Shown: piece after piece, positions 38,317-50,500 of the stretch
Numbering within the stretch: position 1 is the first letter of the stretch
How the letters are laid out: each line of letters opens with the position of its first letter
Source of the DNA: Phyllosticta citribraziliensis
Lineage: Eukaryota
Reading direction: 5' to 3'
NCBI RefSeq assembly: GCF_038025025.1
Contig: NW_027117352.1
Span: forward strand, 1-64,000
Length of the DNA stretch: 64,000 nt
The notes under the pieces: generated by a model
The model's input: the letters and a program-made list of their open reading frames with translations, nothing else
Told to the model about the DNA's origin: nothing
The model's database searches: none
Program-made: the position numbers and the translations under genes

Positions 38317-41300
38317 TCAGCTCCGCGCCAAACGGTCCAGCTTGCCCCTGATGCCGTCGGAGAAGCGCGTGGCGTGGCCCTCGTCGACGACGTCGATGCA
38401 GTGCTTCAGGACGGCGTACGCATTGTCCATGGCCAGCTGCGAGCCATCGCGCTTGGTCAGGGTGGGCACGCCCTCCCTCTTCGTCAGGTAGCGGCTCAGC
38501 AGCGGGTGGTCCGGCAGCAGGGCGTCGACGGCAAAGCTCGGGCCGGGGACGGGGAACATGGTGGTCGTGGCGGCAGAGCTGCCGGTGCTGCTGCTCGTGC
38601 CAGGCGGCGAGACGGTGTTGGCGACGGGCTCGGTGTGCGTGAGGGCGTCGGTCCACAGGATGAGGGCGACGCGGTACACGGCGCCGGCCCACCACGGCGG
38701 CCGTACGCCGCGCGGCATGCTTCGCACCAGCCGCAGCGCCTGGCCGCAATGGAAGATGGCCTCCTCCACGTCCGAGATGCACCGCTTGTGCAGCCACATG
38801 AGCTGCGCGTACGACCCGTCGAAGCCGCCCTCGCGCCGCGCCAGCCGCTCGATCTCGGGAAAGTTTGTCACGGCGTTGAGTGAGATGAGGTGGAAGAGTA
38901 CCAGGTTGGCTTGCATCAGCGCGCACGCCGGGTGGCTCTTGAGGTACCGATCAGCCAGGTCGTACCACCGCTGGAGCAGCGACTGCACCTCTTCGAGACG
39001 AACTCGCGTCGAGGCGGCGGTGACGGCGCGCGTGCGCTGCCGCGAGGCCGAGTTGTCCGAAAAACACGAGAGAAGCTGGCAGTACTGGCAGACGAGCGAC
39101 TGGAGCGGATGCAGCAAAAGCCTCAGGTGCAATGGCGTCAATTCGATTCCCTGGGTCGAAATCTCGTCGTCGAGAAAGTGCCGGAACAGGTCCCGCAGCG
39201 AGAGCGGACGCGCTCCAGAACCCAACGACGAGAAGCCTCCAGAAAATTCATGGACCTGGTTGAACATGTCCGACCACTCGGCCGCCGTCTTGGCCGTCCA
39301 CAAGCAGTCGGCATCGGGCATGGGTGCCCCGAATTCCGTCACGGAGAAGAGAGGGGCTGTATCGTGGAAGAGAGACAGGTCTTGATCAACCATGACCCAT
39401 GAGTAGATCAGTCTGGAAAGAGAAGGTCGATCGTCAGCCACGTGCTCCAAGTCAACCAGGGATACAACAAGAAGAACTTACCGACTCCGAGCCTCATGCT
39501 GGATCCAGTCCGCCCACAGTCCGTCCGGCCCGGCGTGGTCCATCCGCGGCGTCGGGGCGTGCCGGGGCTCCAGGACACCCGAATGCCGCAGCATCGAAAA
39601 GTACATGCCGCGCTGACCCATGGCAATGTCCATCTGCCACTTGTCGCCGCTCCAGGCAGCCTGGACGGTGAAGAGCAGGGCCGAGTGGAGCACGACCGGG
39701 TCGCCGCTGAGGATGATGTTCTTCTCGATGAGATCGAACAACGAGATGCGGCAAGCCTCGGTCAAGCCGCCCGTCAGCCAGCGCGTCTCGACCGAGGGGA
39801 TGACCATGGACCCTTGCGCAATCATCATCAGCACGAGCAGGCTGGCTGCCTTGTCGTTGTACGACGATAGCAGCTCATTTGCGTCCAGGATGCCCCGGGC
39901 AGTCATGGGGAAGTAGCGCTCGAAACTATTGGCGTAGGAGCGCAAGAAATACTCGAGCACGCGAGCCGGCGGAAGCAGCACAAAATTGGAGCCGCCATTG
40001 GACATTGGCGAACCTCCGCTGGCCGGCGAGCCGGAGGCGCCCTCCTTGTGGATGTCGAGGGCCTTGTGCAGAAACGACTGCGTAATGGCGAGCAGCTTGT
40101 CGCGAGTGCTCTCCTGCAGCGGCATGACGGCCAACATTTCGGGACCGGCGGGAAAATCGCCGTCTTCCCACTGCTGCGGCCGCCAGTTTCCCCACACCTC
40201 GTGCTGTTTGAGGCTCTGCTCCAGCCGCTCCAGGTTCAGCTTGGCCGTGCGCGGGCACGAGCTCGCAGGGATGGGCGGGGTGCACCGGAACACGCTCCAC
40301 CCATCTTGCGCCGCGATGATGGCTCCCAGGTCCGGGATGCCCTGGCCGCTGCTCACGCTCGCCTGCCGGGTGGGGTACAGCATCGACGCAGAGCTGCCCA
40401 GCTCGAGGTCAGACAGTGCGCGGTCCATTTGCGGCGTTGCAATGGGCGTCTGAACCGGCGGCAGCGCGTGGCTAAAGTCTGGCAGCATCGAGAGCATGGC
40501 GTCGCCGTGCGGACCGGCTGCCATGCCTGTAAAATCCATGCTCATGTCTTGGGTCATCATGGGCATGTCGAAGCCGTGCGCCATGGGCATTTGCTGCCAG
40601 TCCATGGCAAAGTGCGGGGACGAGCTATCCGAGTTGTGGCCATTGGTGCTGGCGAATTGCTCGTAGCCGGACATGGGCGTGTGCTGGATAAAGTCGTTCA
40701 TTGACGGCGTTGGCACGGGCGAAATGACGGTCGAGATGACGGCAGACGGTCCGCTCGGCGGCGACGTGTGTTCGAAAAAGGCGGGCGGTCCATTGGTGAT
40801 TTGCGGCTTCTCCTCCTCTGGGCTCGCGTGATGGGAGTGGGAGGCGGCCGAGACGTGTGAGATGCTAGAGACGGAGCGCTGGTGGAGGTGGGGCGGTGGC
40901 GGGTGGCCGAGACTCTGTTGCGGCTGATGTTGGTGCTGGAGTTGAGAATCCTGCGGCTGCTGCAAGGCAGCTGGCGAGCTGCTCGAAGAGCCGGTCGACA
41001 CTGTCTCGCCGGTATTTTCAGACGAGGTTGCGCTTCCGTTGAGCTGGACGCCATTCTCGGTCTGCACGGGGCCTCCCACGCGCGTCACTTGCTTCGACGC
41101 CCGCCTGGTGGGCCTTAGAGTGCACTTGAGGTTCCGGCTGGCACAGCGACTGCAAGGAAACTTTTTGTCGCACTTTGTCTTGGTCTTGGCGCAGTTGCTG
41201 CAAGCTATCGGGGTGCGGCCGGCGGATTTTGGAATCATTCCATTGTTGGGCGGCAGGCCTTCTTGGTTGTTGTTGTCTCGGCCGTGGACGGTGTAATGGC

Positions 41301-41595
41301 GCTGCAAGAGATCCCTAGGAGCGGCACGATCAGCTCTTGTGGTTCCAGACGAAAAGTACGACGACAACGACGGCGAGCCCGACGCAACGTGGTACGGCGT
41401 GGCGGGATACTCACCGCCGGGCGAAGGACATGTGGCAGGTGAAGCATTTGAAGGGCTTCACGTTGGTGTCTGGGTGAGGAGATTAGCGGGGGAAGATGGC
41501 AGGAGGAGGATCAAGGCAAACGTACGGGTGAGGATGTGCCTCTCGAGATGCTCATCTCTGGTGAAGGACTGGCCGCAATAGGTGCAAAAGACCAT
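38317..41595 (-). CDS. CMR1: Melanin pathway transcription factor Cmr1/Pig1/Amr1 type (2x C2H2 + Zn2Cys6 + fungal TF domain), ~1,017 aa
   Basis: Exons 41595-41526, 41469-41415, 41314-39482 and 39412-38317 (3,054 nt). MVFCTYCGQSFTRDEHLERHILTHTNVKPFKCFTCHMSFARRDLLQRHYTVH; ACSNCAKTKTKCDKKFPCSRCASRNLKC. Confidence 0.96.
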
Positions 41596-44500
41596 GGTGA
41601 GGAAGATTGGGACGAGTCGAGTCTAGGTGGGAGTTGTCGGGGGAGAGAGGCGAAGAGAAGAGTAAAAAGTCGGGTGGAGAGAGAGATGGATGATATTATG
41701 AAAGAGACGGATGCTTATGGTATGTATGGTTGGGAGCTGACTGGCAGCATAGTGTAGCATGGTTGTCGTTGTCGTTGGGTACGGAATAGTCGTGACATGG
41801 CTTACCCTTGCACCGACGCCAGTGCTTAGGCGCATGCCACCTCAGAGCCGGGGGCGAGCGGCCGGGCGACCTGGACGATATCGGGGGGGGGGGGGGGGGC
41901 CCGGGCGAGGCGGAGCCCCCCCCTGCAGGTGCCGTGGGCGGTCAACTGAAGGAAGTCAGTGCCCCCGCTGCCTGAGGTGGATAACTGGCACAGGCGCCGC
42001 TTGGCCCTGGGCCCTGGGCCCTGGGCCCTGGGCAACCTCACTCTGCACCTGCACGGCACGCCCGCGCCCCCATCCCCCATCGCCCATCCCCCGTTCCGTT
42101 CCTCCTGGCGACCCACCAAAATAGCCCAACGCGAAACAACGGCCACCCTGATGCAGAGTCAGCCACTCTGACCGGATCTTTTCAGGACTGACAAGACGAG
42201 CTGACGTGGGCGAACATGTTGGAGACGACGGGCGGTCAGTATCCAGCCTGCCTATTTTTCTTTTCTTTTTCTTTCTTTTTCTTTTTTTTTTCTTTCCTCC
42301 TTCGAAAGGCCAAAAACACCAGACGACCGACCAAAAACTGCCGCTGCAATTGTCGTCAGGTCTGCTGTCGGCGGATCGCAAATGTTTCGTCGTTTCGCGC
42401 CAGCACTGGCGGCGCGGCTCCTTCTGACCCTGCAATCAGGCACCGCACAGGGCTGCATTTTTCCCACTCCCTCTCCCTCTCCCTCTCCCTCTCCCTCTCC
42501 CTCTCCTTCTCTCTCCCACACCTCATCGCACACTTATCGCGCGCGCCCTCTTTGGGCCCTTTGCGCCGCTTACCTGCTTTGCCCCGCTTCGCTCTGCCCT
42601 ACGAATCTCATCCCTTTCGCTTCAGCTTTCAGAGATTCTGCAAGGCTACTGTACGAAAGTATTGGTGGCGGTCGCCCAGTCCAGCCATCAACCGCTGCCC
42701 TCTGCAAGCCAGCCTCTCCCAAACGGGCTGCCCTCCGCTCGAAACGGCCGCATGTCGACACCAAGTCGCCGATGATTGTCTCGTTGCGCTTCTGCTTTGG
42801 ACTTTTTGGCCGACACGCCTGTCGCTCCTTGCTTGACCTTGCTTGCATTGTTCCCGTCGTCTCGTTCGCTTCTTGCTCGTGGCCTCGCTCGCGCCGTGCA
42901 ACCTCGACAAACCCAAGCACGGTAATTTGGAAACGAAGGTCAGGTCTGGTCTGGTGCCAAGGCACGCACACCTGCTAGCCGCCGCCGCCGCCTACTGCAT
43001 GCTGCCGCCAAACGTTATTCCATGTACCGTCTGCTACCGCCGTCCATGTGTGCGCGTCCAGTCTGGTGTGCCCTTTGCCCGCCCCGCCGGTAGCGTTGGC
43101 ACCCCCCTTGAGGAAGATCCACGACGTCACCATGCCCCGATTGGGTAACGCCTGGGAGCCGCCGTCCCGGCCGCGGGGCTCAGGGAAAATTGGAAACAAA
43201 AAAATGAAAAAAGGGTTCAGACGAGACGCGTACAGGACGGTACCGTCTCGACTCCAGCCGCGTCAGCTTGGCGACGTCAAATTACAACACACATGTTATT
43301 CTCTCTCTCTCGCTCGCTCTCCACCCACACACCTCCTCGGGACCGACATTTCTGACCGACGATAGTCCCAGAGCATGCGAGAGGGTCAGGAGGCAAACCG
43401 AGTCGAGAACGCTCACCAAACAAAAGATACGAGAAGAGGGTGGGGCGACGAGCATAATCCCTCGGTCTTGTCCCTACATGCTGCCTGCTGCTGCCCCCCG
43501 GCCAAATCACTGCGAGAGGTACACCAAGCATATCCACATCAGTCACGGGGAAGCAGCACTTGCATGGTACGGTACTGTACGTCTGCGACGACTCGGGGCC
43601 GCGAAGAAGCACGAGGCCCTGCCGTGCGGCGCTGCACACACTCTGCGAGCGAGCGAGCACATGGTGCGCTGCTGCTGCTGATGACCACGAGCCTTCGAGT
43701 TGCAGTACAAAGTATACCTGGACGCACCGTGAGACTTGTACCTATTCCCCATCCACCCATCGATCCATTGCGACAATCTTGACAATCGCCGCCCTTGTTC
43801 CCCGCGGACAGAGGCGGATGGATGAACTGGACCCCATGAGCACCCTGCCATCCCTCCAGCACGTCGTGTCCGCCTTGACCATCCGATCCCCCATGTAGCC
43901 TGCGCTTGATCCCCACACCCCCACAAAAAAGGGACACAGCCAGCCAGCACACAGACGCCTTTTCGCTGCCAGCGCCAATCGACCCAGCTAGTTACGGTAC
44001 AAACTGCCCAGTCAGTCATCAGTGCAGTCGCCGCAAAAGCAAAAGACGGCGAGATGACTGGGGAGAGAGCAAAAGGAACAAAACCCCTAATGCCCCAAAC
44101 TGCAGTATCCCCCCTACGCACATACCTAGGTACATGTAGGTAAGCACACACCATCCACGCGAAAATTCTCATACTCTTTTTCCTAGGAGGTACATGTACA
44201 TAACGATTTCACATACTGCCGCCTGCCGGACCCTGCCCGGGTGAGGTGAGCGCAGGCTAAAGCTACCCCTACCGCCCGCGCCCGCGCATGCATCCAATCT
44301 GATCCATTCAATCCAATCCATCGACCCATCCATCGCAACACATGCCTTTCGCAGAGCAACGATGGCTCTTTTCGTCGCCTGCGCCCCTGTCTCGTCAACC
44401 TCGTTTCGTCGACCGCGCCCGAAAAGAATGGAAGAGACCATTTGCTATGCCGCTTGCCGCCTGCCGATGCAATGCTGGATCGATACACTGATTGCGCGCT

Positions 44501-47500
44501 GGCCCTCGCTCGCGCTCCCTCCGTCTCCCTCTGCTTGCCTCGCCCCTGTTCAACACTTGTCCCTCTCCTTCTCTCGCGCTCTCGCGCGCGCTTTTGCTGC
44601 TGGTTGTGATTCGTTGCCTGCAGGCACCATTCATTGTATCGTATCGTATCGTATCGTGCGTTTACAGCTCACGACCATCATTCGAGCAATACAAGGGCAA
44701 CAACCGTAGCCGGCGGCTGCGGGATACGCACGCGCGGACGCGTTGACAGGCGGGTGAGCGGGCAGGCCGACGGACGGACGGACTGACGGACGGCAATGTT
44801 TCAGACCCTGAGTTTTCTTTCCTCGGTCGCGAGGCGGGCGTCCTGGGGCTGGGCTGAGGTACTTGTCTACTTGGGAGGTACATAGGACAGCCTCACATCT
44901 TGTGTGCCCGTTTACCTGTCCGTTGCTTTTGCTGTCTGTCGGTCTGTCGGTCTGTCTGTTTATCCGTGCAGACCGTTATGTGCTCCCGTCGTTGATTCTT
45001 TTTCCCATGTCTCAGTCCCGTTGTCCATGTAAGCATCATCCACTATGCGCCCGCTCTTCCAGCAATGCCATTGCATTTTCTTTTCTTTTCCCTATCGCTG
45101 TTTACGCCCACGCTTGCTTTTCTAGACTACCTGCCTGCCCGCACGCACGCACGCACGCACGGCGCGGCGCCCGCATGCACGCGAGATGCGGCAATGCCGA
45201 CCTAACCCGTGCGAGTGTCGATCTGAACTGAGACTCGTTCGTTCGACTTGCTTTTTTGTCTTGGAGAAGGTGAGGTATCTATTTGCCTTGGTTGAGTTGG
45301 CGCGGATGTTTTGTCCGCGGTGCTTGCTCTGCTCTCCTCACTCCCCTTTCCCCTTTTTTTCTTCCGACTGATTCCTTGATTCCTTGTCAGCCCTCTCAAT
45401 TCTACACCAGTACTGCTGTCACTGCTACTGCCATTTCCACTGCCACCCACGCGCACCTGCGCATAAATCTCGTCACTATGCCGTATGCCGTCCGTTTGTC
45501 GCTACACAATAGACGTCGTCTCGTATCCAACGGCCATCCATCCAGCAAGCCATCCGATCAAGCTATCGCCAGCGCCGGATTGGCCACGGCTGGGTACGCC
45601 GCCACGTTCGCTGCCTGGAAGCAGAGCAGCAATGTTCCAGATACGGCGAGGTGTGGGGAGTGGGGGATGGGGGATGGGGGGCCAAAAAAGGACGGCAGCC
45701 CCAGCGCCGCATCGCGCAACCAACGCCAAACGCCATATTTGTCGACGTGTTGGTATGCTGTGCGTAGGTGGCTTCTCACTTGCCTTACTTACTTGTTTAT
45801 CTACATGTGCTGTGCTGTACTGTACCTTGGTAGGAAGCAAGATTGCTGACGTGCTGGCTTGCTTCCTGCTCCTGTTGGGCTTGCCCGCCCGCCCACCAAC
45901 CTCGGCTGCGGGGTGGCTGAAAGGCTGAAAGACTGAAATACTGAAAAGGGTACGCATGACGGGGAGGGCACGGCAGCGCGATGACGGATTCGGCGCAGGC
46001 GCAGGCGCAGGCGCACAGGGGACTTACTTACTGAGAGGTGAGACGGTTGCGGTGCGCTTGCGGTGCTCTCTGGCTTACTGATTGACGCAACCTGAGCCAG
46101 AGGGGGAGAGATTGAACGAATGAAGAAGGAAGTGCGTGCGTTGGTACGTGGAAAATAGGACCAAGCCACGAACGACGCTGTGGGGCGTTGAGATGAGCAG
46201 AGACGTATCCGTTGGCCGTCTGTCTTTCGTTCGTGGCGTGGCATGTTAGGCAGTAAGCAAGTCGCGAGATGAGACCGAGCAAGTCAAAGATGCATGGCCT
46301 AGACGAGTGGCGGGCGGCGATGGCATAAGGCTGCAGGGATAAGGTCCATAGTGAGAGAGTGGTGGGTGGGTGTCTTCACGGAGAAAGAGGACTAGAAGGA
46401 ACCCAGAAGCAAGGCTGACTGCCCGAGCGGGCAAGCGAGCGAGGAGGGAGGAGAAAAGATGGCCAGTCGCGGCGCAATGGCTGAATGGCGGGGCTGCGGG
46501 AGGGATGAGCCACCCACCAGACGTATCCCAAGGAGAAATCCAGATGCGGACAGCTCGGCAGAAGGGCGATCCTCCTGCTTTTCAGTCAGTCTGTCAGTCT
46601 GTCTGAGGTAGGTGTGCCTATTCTCCATGCGCGGCAGATCCCTCTCGCGTCGCGCGCCAACCACGACGAGTGGCTGAAGGGGGAGAAAGTGGGGGTGCGG
46701 GGTGTAGGACGGGAGCGTGGGGGCGGTGGAGAGGGCAGAGGAAAAGTACTTGTGCGAGATTGTGGACCTACCACATGTGTGGTTGGGTGTTGACATTGTC
46801 GAGAAATGGAGTAGCTGTGGATCTGAATACGGTAGGTTGGTGATTGAAAGAAAATGGTACATGCTGTGGGGACAGCCTTGTCATCCAGACCAGACCAGAC
46901 TGGACTGGACTTGAATGGCAAGGTAAGCGAGATGAGTTGTCAACCACTCAAGACCGTCCAACGGTTCAAGAGAACGAAAAGGGAACGGACCTTGACGCTG
47001 ACCACCGATCGGTGTGGGTAGGTTCTTGTTTGTCAGTATCTCATGCACGTGTGTCCAAACGACACGACGAGAACACGCAGCATCGACGCGCATAGAGAGT
47101 AGGCAGAATGGAGAGTGGGCTAGAGGAGAGACGGAAATCGGCTTCGGCATGCACAGGGGCCAGTCCACATCTCAGCCTCTCGCGCGCGCTCTCTCTTCTC
47201 GTCCCAAGACATTGGCATCATCAATCATCGTCGGTGGCTGGGCGCGGCGGGTTGGACGATGACCTACCAACGCATACATGGCCGCCACTTGCTAGATTGC
47301 AGCAGCGCAAAGAGAGGACTCGAATCTGATCTGGGAACGCCTGTCTCACACCAAGGGCAGCAGAATCACGTGGTGACCGCTTCGTCTCTCGATAGAGACG
47401 GAGGATGTTATCAGTTCGAACAAGGTGGTGTTTTAAAGCATCCCTGGCCTTAACAAGAAGGCTTCTAGAAGCGAGGCGTCCGATGGAGGCGTTGGAGGCG

Positions 47501-50500
47501 GTCGTCGATCGAGTCGAGTCCACGAGGCGGTGAGGCCCGTTGCTTTTGTCTTGTTGGCTTGATCGTTGGCCGTGGTTGCTTGTGGCTTTGCGGTGCTTGG
47601 ATGGCTGGCTGGCTGCTTAGGTGCGTCGTCCTGGCTTGCAGCAACCACTTTGGGCGATCAAGTAATGCCCGCCCATGGCATCGTTGGCGACTCAGTCGTC
47701 AGTGTTGCGAGGGGACAATTGTTGCGCTTTGTTCGTCGAGAAGCGATTGTTGGTACGGTACCCGGGGAGGTGGGCAGCGGTGGACAGCGGGAGGTAGGAC
47801 GGCACGCAAGCAGGCACGGTCCCTGGGTCGGACGGGTAAGGCGGTCGGGTAGGGTGTAGGGCAGACGGCTGGCCCATGGGCGGGGTGGCCAGCGCGGAAG
47901 TGTTACCAGGGCGATTATGAGAAATGGTCAACAAGCACAATGAATGGCTTTGGGTGCTGGGAGCGTCCTTGATGGTGACGCGAGATGAAGTGGCCGTGGT
48001 TCGAGTTCGAGTGCGAGCGGTGAGGGCAGAGAGGTTGGGGAGGTGAAGATGACACGAGACGAAAGAGGCAACGAAGAGGTTGAAGTGGTGAGGTGTACAG
48101 CCAAATGGCGTCGATGGAATGGAGAGAGAAAGGGTCTGCTGTGGTCCGTACTGTACTGTTCCAGCTGTGGTTGTGTGCTGGTTGGTGTTGGGTTGGGCAG
48201 GAGGGCTTAGTCACGGCGCATGCAGGGTCTTCCATGAAAAGACGCCGCCAAAGCCAACGGGCAACGAGACCAACAATGCCCGCCGTCGCCAAAAAGGAAC
48301 AAAGAATACTATCCGTCGCCTCTCTTCTTTTCGACGTGAATAATGTCCGCTGGTAGTACGGCCATTACTTTGGTACCGGAGACGACATGGGCAGGGTGCT
48401 GACCTCAGCAGCGCCATGGTTCTGTTCCCTGCGTCGCATGTCGTTCCTCTCCACAAGACCTCCACGAAACCTCCACAACCCATGGAAGTGCTCTGCTCGC
48501 CGGACACACGACCGATCCATGGCGACCTATCGACGGCAAACGACGACATGGACCTGTGCAGCCTCTCGACGTCATCTCGTCAGCCCAGCTCGTAGGGCAG
48601 AAATCACAATCACGCCTGCGCCCAAGCGGCTGCTCCAAACCCCTCAGCCCCATCTCTGGCCTGGCCTGCTGCGTACGACGCTCGCACAGCCATGCAATCG
48701 AAGGATTCGACCTTCTTTCCGTCTTCTCGGGTCGTCCTTCCGCTGTCCTGCGCTGCCCTTTGTGAGACGGCCAATGGGAGACCCTCCGCATTTCGTTGCT
48801 GTCAGCCTCTGCCCCGCGTCCTCTGCCCTCCGCCCCGTCCACTCTCTTGGCCAGCAGGAAGCGCTGACATGAGATGTACCGCTACTGTGGACAAGGAACA
48901 ACAGCAAGCAAAAAAATCTCAAATATCGTCTTGGCCCCCAGACCAACTCGACGTGGGCCTCTTCCACCAGCATTCGACGGACTTGGCCTAGAACCACTGG
49001 CGCACATCACGGCTATGATGCACCAACTGTCAGAAAGTATTCGGGTGCCACGACCAAAAGCTGTACATGGACCGCGGCCAAGAATGTCGGATCAGCCTGC
49101 CCTGCTGGGGTTGTTTCGTGGGATGTTGCTGGTTCAGAACTGCTATACAGCTGCCCACACCAACACTGTCAGCGCAGACGCCGACTTTTGCCTTGCGGAC
49201 CGACTTGGTTTGTCCTGCTGTGCTTTGCGCGCACCAGCCGAAGCCTCCCGCTTCTAATCTTTATTTTTGCAACAACACCATCACATCGTCATGCCCTCAA
49301 TCATCGTCTGGCCGTAGCTGACCACGTCCGGGTACCTGAAACGAAGCTTGGCCCGCCAAGCCTGGATGTTGGATGTAATGGCACTCAGCTCGTTGTCGAG
49401 ACCCACCTCGCTCGCTCTCAAAATGGGATCTTCACCATCCAAAGCGACCATGCTGCCACTAGCTTTCCACGCATGTGCAGTTGCCGTCTTTTCCAGACCA
49501 TGACCGAATTAGAACGCTGCGCTCTCAGCATCGTCGCCATCCCAGCGGGCATTGTCTGCGCCCGCGACGAAGCCCTTCTACTCCGAGGGCCTGATCTGCA
49601 TTAACCCCGAGCACAGTACCAAGAACCTTGCTCGCGTCTCGCCATGGTCCTGCCGTCATGTCGAGTGTTCGTAATCGAGTTTGACGACATGTGCGCTTTT
49701 GCGATACCCCCCAGACGGACGCATCCCTGGCCGTGTTTCGACCTCGCTCCCATTCGCCACGCTGCGGTCCCGCTCTTGTGCTCAAAAATATCATGAATCT
49801 CATGTCATCTGCCAACGGGAGGCCCGAAGATGTACGCTCCTCGGCTGCTTCGTGCAGCTTATGGAGGGTGCTAAGCAGTGCCCTCTTATCGTCCAAGGAA
49901 ATCGACAGCGGTGTGCCCGTCAAGTTCCCAGAAGGGAGAGCAGTTGGTTGATAGCAAACCACAGCATTTGTAACTCGACGCACATTGGATGGCATGGACG
50001 GAGGGATCAGGGGTCTTCCGCACCCAAAAGCTGACCACCACCTCTTTATGCAGTCGACGTTCATTGTCTATACAAGGCTTGATTTCACTGAGCCGCCGTG
50101 ACCAATCCATGACTGTGTCTCCAAGACGAGGCTGAAATATCAGAGGCCGCAGTTGCCTTTGAAAGGGCCCTGGCTCGTCGCGTCTTAACGGGCGATGATA
50201 TCAAAAGCGCCAAGAAAGGTACATGGGATTCCAAGGGTTGCTTCTGCTGATGCGAACGCGCTTCTCCTGTGAGAAAGAGCACATGGCAAGCTGTTCCACG
50301 GGCCCACTGCTGTTACCGTCCACGAGCACGAGGCCTCGCTGCCGAACCTCGATGCCCGCAGCAAGAAGAGGCATGATACAACAGGCAGCTTTTTCGCTGC
50401 TTTGGGACAGCGCGCTTTGTCAGATCCGCTATCTTGCTCGTCGGTGTCGCTATCTTTGCCTCGTAGAGGCAGCGAGCTGCATTGGCACGCTGCAACACAG

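Noticed and set aside
38098..41296. Multiple plus-strand ORFs over CMR1
   Set aside because: Antisense shadows of a GC-rich coding sequence.
49525..50064. 179-aa minus-strand ORF in the spacer (also 57344-57685 and 59741-60265)
   Set aside because: No recognisable motifs or codon bias; ORFs of this size arise by chance at this GC content.
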